From an uncultured Bifidobacterium sp. (GTDB taxonomy: Bacteria; Actinomycetota; Actinomycetes; Nanopelagicales; Nanopelagicaceae), in contig CAYQLC010000001.1 in the NCBI GenBank assembly GCA_964418325.1, forward strand, positions 19,324 to 83,323: a stretch of 64,000 nucleotides of DNA. Direction: 5' to 3'. The number at the start of each line of letters is the position of its first letter. Position 1 is the stretch's first letter. Below the pieces are notes generated by a model. It saw only the letters and a program-made list of their open reading frames with translations. It searched no databases and was not told the origin of the DNA. Below are positions 57,675 through 64,000 of the stretch, piece by piece. Both the position numbers and the translations under genes were made by a program.

Positions 57675-57934
57675 AGAGCACCTCCTCGAAGATGGCCAGA
57701 ACACTCATCTACTGAGCGCGACTATAGAAGCACCCGGTGACAAGAGTGATGAGGGTGTGGGTCTGGGTGTTAGAGGTGGTGTGGGAAAGGGCCAGACAAC
57801 TGTTGATGGCCTGTGGATGAACTGGGGAGAAGTGCCCACCTCTCCAGGATTACCTGCAGAAATAGTGGCCAACGCCTGTGGAGAGAGAAAAAAATGGCCA
57901 TCTCACCAGATGGACAGGAGCAGGCTAGATAAGC

Positions 57935-57966
57935 AAGTGGCCCCCGAGAATTCTCGAGGGCCACTT
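57935..57966 (-). terminator. Long hairpin 17 nt downstream of the rplI stop
   Basis: aagtggcccccgagaattctcgagggccactt is a near-perfect 32-nt palindrome (one C.A mismatch) with about a 14-bp stem around aatt. There is no strong U-tract. Confidence 0.45.
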
Positions 57967-57982
57967 ACAGAGCACTAACAAT

Positions 57983-58429
57983 TTAAGCAGGAACAACTTC
58001 CACTGCAACATTTGCTGAGACATTTGAAGCGAGCGAGATCTTCACCACGTGGCGACCAAGGCTCTTAATGTGGCCATTGGTCTTAATGCGATGGCGATCA
58101 AGTTCGATACCAGTTGCTGCCTTAACGGCGAGCGCAATATCTTTTTCGGTAACTGAACCGAAGAGACGCCCTGCGCTACCAACTTTGGCACCCACTGTGA
58201 TGCCTGCACCTTCAAGTGCAGATTTAATTTCGCGAGCATGCTCAACATCGCGAATCTCACGAGCCTTTCGTGCGCGACGGATTGAGGTGATCTGCTTCTC
58301 TCCTCCGAGCGACCAGGCGATTGCCTTGCCGCGAGGAATGAGGAAATTCCGTCCAAATCCATCTTTCACAGTAACGACATCCCCTGGATGTCCAAGGCCT
58401 GCAACCTCTTGGGTAAGAATAAGTTTCAT
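57983..58429 (-). CDS. rplI: 50S ribosomal protein L9
   Basis: MKLILTQEVAGLGHPGDVVTVKDGFGRNFLIPRGKA.. is typical of L9. Confidence 0.93.
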   Translation of the reverse strand: MKLILTQEVAGLGHPGDVVTVKDGFGRNFLIPRGKAIAWSLGGEKQITSIRRARKAREIRDVEHAREIKSALEGAGITVGAKVGSAGRLFGSVTEKDIALAVKAATGIELDRHRIKTNGHIKSLGRHVVKISLASNVSANVAVEVVPA

Positions 58430-58443
58430 AGTCTTACTCCCCC

Positions 58444-58713
58444 TTACCGAGCTGTAGATGTGTAGGGAAGCAGCGCCATCTCACGCGCGTTCTTAATTGC
58501 TCGCGCAAGTTCGCGCTGTTGTTGAACACTTACACCGGTAATTCGACGAGAACGAATCTTGCCACGATCGGAGATAAAGCGACGGAGCAGATTTGTATCT
58601 TTGTAATCGATGTAATCAAGTTTATCGAGGGGATTTGGCTTCTTCTTAAATGGCTTGAGCTGCGCTGCAGCCTTGCCACGAGGGGCCTTTCCCTTTTTCT
58701 CTTTGGATCCCAT
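58444..58713 (-). CDS. rpsR: 30S ribosomal protein S18
   Basis: ..[50 protein letters not shown].. with GGAG upstream of the ATG. Confidence 0.92.
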   Translation of the reverse strand: MGSKEKKGKAPRGKAAAQLKPFKKKPNPLDKLDYIDYKDTNLLRRFISDRGKIRSRRITGVSVQQQRELARAIKNAREMALLPYTSTAR

Positions 58714-58744
58714 GTTTTCTCCTTATAAATATCTGATATTTGGT

Positions 58745-59230
58745 TTAGAACGGAGGTTCGTCGTTGGCGCCGACTGGTGAACCCCAAGAACCGGATGCGG
58801 CCCATGGATCGTCGTTACCACCGCTTGATGAAGCGCCAGCAGAGCCTGCGCTCGCCCCTGTTCGATTGGTCTTAGAAACCTTGGCAGTTGCATTGCGAAG
58901 TGATGGACCGACTTCGTCGACCTCAATCTCATACACAGTGCGCTTCTCGCCCTCTTTTGTCTCGTAAGAACGTTGCTTCAAACGTCCTTGGACTATGACT
59001 CGCATTCCGCGGGTAAGTGATTCGGCTACATTCTCGGCAGCTTGTCGCCAGACATTGCATGAGAGATAGAGGGAATCTCCATCTTTCCATTCGTTCGTTG
59101 CCTTATCTAGGTAACGAGGAGTCGAGGCGATGCGAAATTTCGCAACTGCCGCGCCATTTGGTGTGAAGCGCAACTCTGGATCGTCAACAAGATTGCCGAT
59201 GATGGTGATTACTGTATCTCCAGCAGCCAT
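58745..59230 (-). CDS. ssb: Single-stranded DNA-binding protein
   Basis: OB fold ..[29 protein letters not shown].., a Gly/Ser-rich tail and an acidic tip DEPPF. Confidence 0.93.
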   Translation of the reverse strand: MAAGDTVITIIGNLVDDPELRFTPNGAAVAKFRIASTPRYLDKATNEWKDGDSLYLSCNVWRQAAENVAESLTRGMRVIVQGRLKQRSYETKEGEKRTVYEIEVDEVGPSLRNATAKVSKTNRTGASAGSAGASSSGGNDDPWAASGSWGSPVGANDEPPF

Positions 59231-59281
59231 CTGAATACCTTCTTCTCTATCTACTCGTAGTTATTACTTATTTATAAATTA

Positions 59282-59569
59282 TTACTTACCGGGACGGATT
59301 ACTTTTGTGCGAAGCACTGCTTCGTTGAGATTGAGTTGGCGATCCAACTCTTTGACTGCTGCCGGCTCACATTTCATATCGACAACTGCGTAGATGCCCT
59401 CAGGCTTCTTTGCAATCTCGAATGCCATTCGGCGGCGGCCCCAAATATCAAGACGATCTACCGAACCACCAGAATCCTTGATGATTTTGAGATATGTCTC
59501 TAGTGAAGGAGCAACGGTCCGTTCCTCAAGATCTGGGTCGAGGATGACCATCATTTCGTAACGTCGCAT
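59282..59569 (-). CDS. rpsF: 30S ribosomal protein S6
   Basis: [16 protein letters not shown].. from ATG 59569, with AGGTGGGG upstream. Confidence 0.92.
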   Translation of the reverse strand: MRRYEMMVILDPDLEERTVAPSLETYLKIIKDSGGSVDRLDIWGRRRMAFEIAKKPEGIYAVVDMKCEPAAVKELDRQLNLNEAVLRTKVIRPGK

Positions 59570-59572
59570 AAT

Positions 59573-59621
59573 CCCCACCTCCTCTGGACTAAACGGCTAC
59601 GGTCGTTCCGTAGCAGGAGGG
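59573..59621 (-). promoter_or_regulatory. Candidate rpsF 5'-leader structure (hairpin plus anti-SD)
   Basis: The minus-strand leader reads ..AACCCTCC-tGCTACGG-aacga-CCGTAGC-cgtttagtccagaGGAGGTGGGGatt-ATG. It has a 7-bp hairpin (59596-59614) and a CCCTCC element (59616-59621) complementary to the SD region (59573-59582). Confidence 0.35.
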
Positions 59622-59696
59622 TTATTGCGTAGGGCGTAATCTATCGCCCCCCAGCGACACGGGCGAAATCCTTGGGGAGGGCCGTAGGCTCCACCT

Positions 59697-60821
59697 GTGG
59701 AGATTCGCCAAATATCAAGCGCGGAGCACCAGGCATTCCTTATATATAGGAGCGATCTCGACCCCTCCTTCCTCCAATCCCCATCGTGGGGTGAGGTGAA
59801 AAAGGGGGCATGGCGCTACGAATCGATCGGTTTCTTTGAAGGCCCCGATAAGAAAGAGTTGGTCGGCGCTGCCCTCATCCTCGCCCGCAAGGCGCCGAAG
59901 ATCAATAAGTACTTCTTCTACATACCTGAAGGCCCCACACTTCCTGCTGACAAATACGAGCAAGCACTTTCACTCCTTACCGCTTACGCAAAAAGTCGTG
60001 GAGCTTTCGCACTGCGAATTGGGCCAATGATTGTTAAAGCGCGATGGGAGGCAGATCTCATTAAAAGCGCGCTCGCCGACGAGAGTGCTACATCACTCAA
60101 TTCACTCAATCCATCTTTCATCAATCCAACGGCGACATCGCTCGAAGAATTATTGATTGCGCAAGGATTCACAGCTAGTAATAATGATCCTGATGGATTT
60201 GGCGCTGGCCAACCAAGATTCCTCTACCAACTCCCCATCAAAGATAAATCTCGTGATCAATTACTTAGCGGATTTAACCAACTCTGGCGCAGAAATATAA
60301 AAAAGAGTGAGAGCGAAGGTGTTCGAGTTCGCATAGGAAGCCGGGAAGACCTTTCAGACTTTCATGCAATTTATCTTGAGACTGCTGCTCGAGATAAATT
60401 CACGCCACGTCCGCTCTCGTATTTTCATCAAATGTGGGATGCATTTAATCAGGATAGTGCAGAACCCGAACTCGTATTATTCATTGCAGAGTGGAATGGA
60501 AATATTGTTGCTGCTTCAATTTACATCGAATTAGGATTTCACTCTTGGTATCTCTATGGTGCATCCAGTACTACTGGACGCGAAGCGCGACCCAGTAATG
60601 CAATTCAATGGGCGATGATGGAGCGTTCTCTTCAGAAAGGCGCACATATCTACGATTTGCGCGGAATCACAGCGACGCTTGATAAGGCAGACCCTCATGT
60701 CGGCCTACTCCAATTTAAAGTTGGCGTTGGTGGTCGAGCCGTTGAAGTGATGGGTGAGTGGGATTACGCGATCAATCCCCTCTTATACATAGCCTTTCGT
60801 GCATATCTGAATAGACGGTGA
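59697..60821 (+). CDS. FemAB/FemX-family peptidoglycan branch aminoacyltransferase
   Basis: MEIRQISSAEHQAFL..FLQSPSWGEVK.. and ..YLYGASS..RPSNAIQW.. are FemABX patterns. GTG start. Confidence 0.75.
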   Translation: MEIRQISSAEHQAFLIYRSDLDPSFLQSPSWGEVKKGAWRYESIGFFEGPDKKELVGAALILARKAPKINKYFFYIPEGPTLPADKYEQALSLLTAYAKSRGAFALRIGPMIVKARWEADLIKSALADESATSLNSLNPSFINPTATSLEELLIAQGFTASNNDPDGFGAGQPRFLYQLPIKDKSRDQLLSGFNQLWRRNIKKSESEGVRVRIGSREDLSDFHAIYLETAARDKFTPRPLSYFHQMWDAFNQDSAEPELVLFIAEWNGNIVAASIYIELGFHSWYLYGASSTTGREARPSNAIQWAMMERSLQKGAHIYDLRGITATLDKADPHVGLLQFKVGVGGRAVEVMGEWDYAINPLLYIAFRAYLNRR

Positions 60822-60833
60822 GAAGATAGCGCT

Positions 60834-61844
60834 ATGGGCAGATTAACTCTTCATGTGGATGGCGAACGATGGCGCCATCACATTGCTCATTACGTTGCAC
60901 GATTTCAGGGCGACCTCACCCCGGTGATTAAGGGCAATGGCTATGGATTTGGTATCCCCACTCTTGCGCGCGAAGCCACATCATTTCAAGCCCAGTCTGT
61001 TGCCTGCTATAGCGCAGAAGAGGCAGCGGTGATTCGCTCCCAATTCGAGGGTGATGTTTTGTTATTAGCGCCCACAGAGCACCTCCACGAGAAGTGGATT
61101 ATTCATACCATCGCGCCTATTACCGAGAAGTTCTCTGATAGGAAGCCTGAGCGTTTTCTCATCGAACTGCTCTCTCCCGTAAAAAGACATGGTTATCCTC
61201 CCTCCGATATTGCTCAAGCGCTGAAGAAATACTCCGAAAATGGGAGCTGTGAAGGACTTGCAATCCATCTTCCGATAGATCAGAGAAAATCAGTAACCAA
61301 TTGGATCAACGTTCAACTTAAATCAATCGAAGAACATGGAGTTACTCCAAACGATTTTCATAAAACTATCTGGATCTCGCATATCAGTGCAGAAGATCTT
61401 CTTTTACTTAAGAAAACCTGGCCCGAGATTCGCTGGCGAGTTCGGGTGGGCACCGATCTCTGGCTAGGTGCGCGTACCAGTCTTACTGCAACTGCAACCG
61501 TCATCGATCGTCACAAACTCTCGGCTAAGGAATTGATTGGTTACCGACAAAGCGCTCCTGGAAAAGGGTGGCTCGTGATTGCAGCTGGCGGAACAGCACA
61601 GGGAATCGGACTAGAGATACCTGCTCGAGGAGTGCGGGCTTTGATCAAGTCGATACTTCGTCTCTTTGGTTGGAATCCAAGCCCTTACAGTTGGAACGGA
61701 AAATCACTTCCCTTTGCCGAGGCTCCACATATGCACAATTCTCTCCTTTACTTGAAAGGTGATGAGGCGCCTGAAATTGGTGAAGAAATTGGTCTAAACG
61801 TTCGATTTACTACGACTACTTTTCACGAAATCGTTTTCGAGTAG
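60834..61844 (+). CDS. Alanine-racemase-fold (PLP-binding barrel) family protein
   Basis: ..LTPVIKGNGYGFGIPTLA.. corresponds to the Alr PLP-Lys motif (VVKANAYGHG). At 336 aa it is shorter and more divergent than canonical Alr. Confidence 0.6.
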   Translation: MGRLTLHVDGERWRHHIAHYVARFQGDLTPVIKGNGYGFGIPTLAREATSFQAQSVACYSAEEAAVIRSQFEGDVLLLAPTEHLHEKWIIHTIAPITEKFSDRKPERFLIELLSPVKRHGYPPSDIAQALKKYSENGSCEGLAIHLPIDQRKSVTNWINVQLKSIEEHGVTPNDFHKTIWISHISAEDLLLLKKTWPEIRWRVRVGTDLWLGARTSLTATATVIDRHKLSAKELIGYRQSAPGKGWLVIAAGGTAQGIGLEIPARGVRALIKSILRLFGWNPSPYSWNGKSLPFAEAPHMHNSLLYLKGDEAPEIGEEIGLNVRFTTTTFHEIVFE

Positions 61845-62963
61845 ATATATTGCATAAGCTGCAAGAGCCAACAAGCTCACGATTCGTAAGACGCTAAAAA
61901 GTATGTATATCTCGTTTGAGATACCTCCGCTCTCTTCGAGCACAGTGAGCAAGTGACGCCAAATGGCGAATTGATAGAGAAGCTCGCCAGCTTGCCAAAT
62001 GAGAAATAGCCCGTAGAAAACTCTGTTCTTTGGAAAGAATAAAATCGCGACCACTGTTAACCAGAGTACATACTGAGGTGAGTACACCTTATTTAAAGTA
62101 AAGAAAATTACTGACACTAAAAAAATGTTTCCAAATAAATGTTCACGATACCGGATATAACACCCTATTAGTAATGCAGCGACTAAGGGTGTAGCAATCC
62201 AGTTGAGATTTGAGATCCATGTTCCTTGAAGAGAGAGTAAATACCAAATAGATCCAAAATCTACCCCGCGCTCATAATTGAAGCGATAGAACTTTAACCA
62301 ACCATCAAATTGGGTGAGGATGAAAGGCACATTAATGACCAGAGCGGAGAGTGTCAGTCCTTTGAGAAATTGCTTCCGGTCATATCCGTTCTTCCAGATT
62401 ATGAGCAAAATGGGTACCAGATAAATCACAGGAAAGAATTTAAAGAAGATGCTGACAGTGAGAAAAACTCCAGCAGATGCGAAATGTTTACGTTCAATCG
62501 AGATTAATGCAAGGACCAAAGGTGCGATGGCCCAGATATCCCAATTGATAAATAATGCCGTAATCACCGCTGGGGCAAGAGAAAAAAGAAGCGCATTCTT
62601 ACTGTTTAGTCTCTGTAATTGATAGATCACTAGAGAGTATGCCAAGGCAATTACTAATAGGTTCCATCTGAAAAATCCCAATAATCCTGCAGATCCATCT
62701 TCTGTGATGAGTGAAATCAGCCATATCCCAATTCCAGAGAGAATGGGATATTCGAGCGAGTCATTACCTTGGCCATAAGGCCAGATATCTGAAGAGAATC
62801 CTCGCGCTTCATATAGAGCGGTAATGTCGGTGTAACACCCTTGCAGATACACATCCGGAGATATCCAACCGCCAGGGATGCAGCGTGCAAACTTAAGATA
62901 ACTAATCGCTACAGCAAATATGGTGAGAAGCAGCACGCCCAAGGAGAGTGAGCGCGTGCGCAT
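61794..62963 (-). CDS. Polytopic membrane glycosyltransferase, GT87/DUF2029-like
   Basis: About 11 TM segments. It sits between the PBP and the rpsF cluster, as in other actinobacteria (from memory). ATG 62963 overlaps the PBP stop by 1 nt. The 3' end overlaps the alr-like gene by 51 nt in convergent orientation. Confidence 0.6.
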   Translation of the reverse strand: MRTRSLSLGVLLLTIFAVAISYLKFARCIPGGWISPDVYLQGCYTDITALYEARGFSSDIWPYGQGNDSLEYPILSGIGIWLISLITEDGSAGLLGFFRWNLLVIALAYSLVIYQLQRLNSKNALLFSLAPAVITALFINWDIWAIAPLVLALISIERKHFASAGVFLTVSIFFKFFPVIYLVPILLIIWKNGYDRKQFLKGLTLSALVINVPFILTQFDGWLKFYRFNYERGVDFGSIWYLLSLQGTWISNLNWIATPLVAALLIGCYIRYREHLFGNIFLVSVIFFTLNKVYSPQYVLWLTVVAILFFPKNRVFYGLFLIWQAGELLYQFAIWRHLLTVLEESGGISNEIYILFSVLRIVSLLALAAYAIYLLENDFVKSSRSKSNV

Positions 62964-64000
62964 CAATTTCCTGATTTAGTTGATGTCGGCGAGGGTGCAG
63001 GAGTTGCGCCCACAGTAGGCGCAGGAGTCGAAGTGGGAGCTGGTGGCGGTACTTCCACATCATCAAAGCCAGGAGGTTTCGGAATGATGTTGTAGACCGA
63101 GCCATCGGCGAGCGCATCCTCACCTATAAAGACCGGATCCGGGAAATTTAACTTTGGTTCTCCTTGCAAAGCGCCTCTCATGAATTCGGTCCATATTCGA
63201 GCTGGAAAGGAGCCACCAGTAAGGGTGCGCATACCACCAATGCCGCGTAATGACTCAGTCGAATCATCACGATAAAAAGCAACGGAGGCTGAGATTTGAG
63301 GTGTGTATCCGTTCCACCATGCAGAGCTATTTTCTTGACTTGTTCCGGTCTTGCCGGCAGCAGGTCGTCCGAGTTTCATCGCTGCTCTTCCGGAACCGAA
63401 CTTCACCACGCTCGCTAAGGCATAGGTGAGATCTGCCATTACCTCTTTGGAGAAAACTTCTTGTCCCTGTGGTTTGGCTTTATAGAGCACGCCACCATTG
63501 CGATTAACTACCTCAGAAACTATAAAAGGTTTTGCATACACTCCCTCAGCAGCGAATGTCGCATAGGCGTTTGCAACATCTAAGACATGAGGGCTGGCAA
63601 CACCAAGTACAACAGATGGAGTTGGCACCATCTCAACATCGGCAGGTATGCCAGCTCGTCGAGCAGCATCGATGACTTTCTCCGGGCCCACAGCGATACC
63701 TAATGGCACATAAACAGTGTTGACAGATTTCTCAGTCGCTTCTAGCAAAGTTAGATTTTTAAAGGACTTCTTTCCATAATTTGCCACTTCGTAAGGTTTG
63801 CCATTGTCGTCGAAGGTCTGTGGCGAACGGCCATCCCAAACAGTATCTATCGAGATACCCGCCTCAAGGGCAGCAATAAGTGCAAAAGGCTTGAAGCTGG
63901 AACCGGCTTGGGTTATTCCTTGGGTAGCGTTATTCAATTGTCGCTCGACATAATCTCGACCACCATACATCGCAAGAATTGCTCCAGTGCCTGGGCGGAC
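62963..64000 (-). CDS. ponA: Class A penicillin-binding protein, transpeptidase half (N-terminus beyond window end)
   Basis: The frame continues to 64000 (..VRPGTGAILAMYGGRDY..). SxxK (GSSFKPF), SxN (KSVNTVY) and KTG (AGKTGTS) motifs are present, with a Pro/Thr/Ala-rich C-terminal tail. Confidence 0.85.
   Translation of the reverse strand, partial: VRPGTGAILAMYGGRDYVERQLNNATQGITQAGSSFKPFALIAALEAGISIDTVWDGRSPQTFDDNGKPYEVANYGKKSFKNLTLLEATEKSVNTVYVPLGIAVGPEKVIDAARRAGIPADVEMVPTPSVVLGVASPHVLDVANAYATFAAEGVYAKPFIVSEVVNRNGGVLYKAKPQGQEVFSKEVMADLTYALASVVKFGSGRAAMKLGRPAAGKTGTSQENSSAWWNGYTPQISASVAFYRDDSTESLRGIGGMRTLTGGSFPARIWTEFMRGALQGEPKLNFPDPVFIGEDALADGSVYNIIPKPPGFDDVEVPPPAPTSTPAPTVGATPAPSPTSTKSGN

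Noticed and set aside
57571-57978. 135-aa plus-strand ORF (and the 64-aa minus-strand ORF at 57770-57964) in the rplI-dnaB spacer
   Set aside because: It starts inside dnaB in antisense orientation. Its Gly/Arg/Trp-rich low-complexity translation derives from the G-rich DNA. It runs through the 32-nt palindrome and has no SD. I treat the region as non-coding.

Overview
This is an actinobacterial-type chromosomal segment with moderate to low GC. Hand counts of 60-nt samples give about 26-28/60 G+C in core genes. The conserved blocks are: ponA-like PBP / GT87 / alr-like / femX-like, facing rpsF-ssb-rpsR-rplI-dnaB; dnaK-grpE-dnaJ-hspR; a purA-purD-purB-purC-purS-purQ-purL ... purF-purM supercluster split by a sugar-acid module; dcd plus tRNA-Gly(CCC); a canonical OmpR/HK pair; lemA-htpX; an acyl-CoA dehydrogenase. 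Between these blocks lie lower-GC accessory segments that encode almost only Sec-secreted, membrane or regulatory proteins. The main candidate for an undescribed system lies at about 7.1-12.1 kb. It comprises a LuxR-type regulator, a 24-bp perfect palindrome in the divergent promoter region, an Ig-like secreted protein, an orphan atypical OmpR-type regulator, two paralogous TasA-like secreted proteins, a SipW-type (Ser/His, ER/archaeal-type) signal peptidase and a degenerate GGDEF protein. The last four genes are translationally coupled, which suggests a dedicated secreted-fibre or matrix module. Other notable items are: a surface protein of about 3050 aa (7-blade FG-GAP-like propeller, SbsA-type Ig domains, discoidin-like domain, OmpA_C peptidoglycan-binding end) abutting the tRNA; a very AT-rich two-gene insert (14/60 G+C sample) fused to the lemA-htpX operon; a phosphatidylcholine-synthase-like gene; an A8-tract frameshift at the start of a sugar-binding protein gene; a probable ATT start codon for the sensor kinase; and a cysteine-free DnaJ in the dnaK operon. 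I recognised no rRNA, CRISPR array, transposase, integrase or phage genes. All family assignments come from motif reading and remembered reference sequences, not from database searches.
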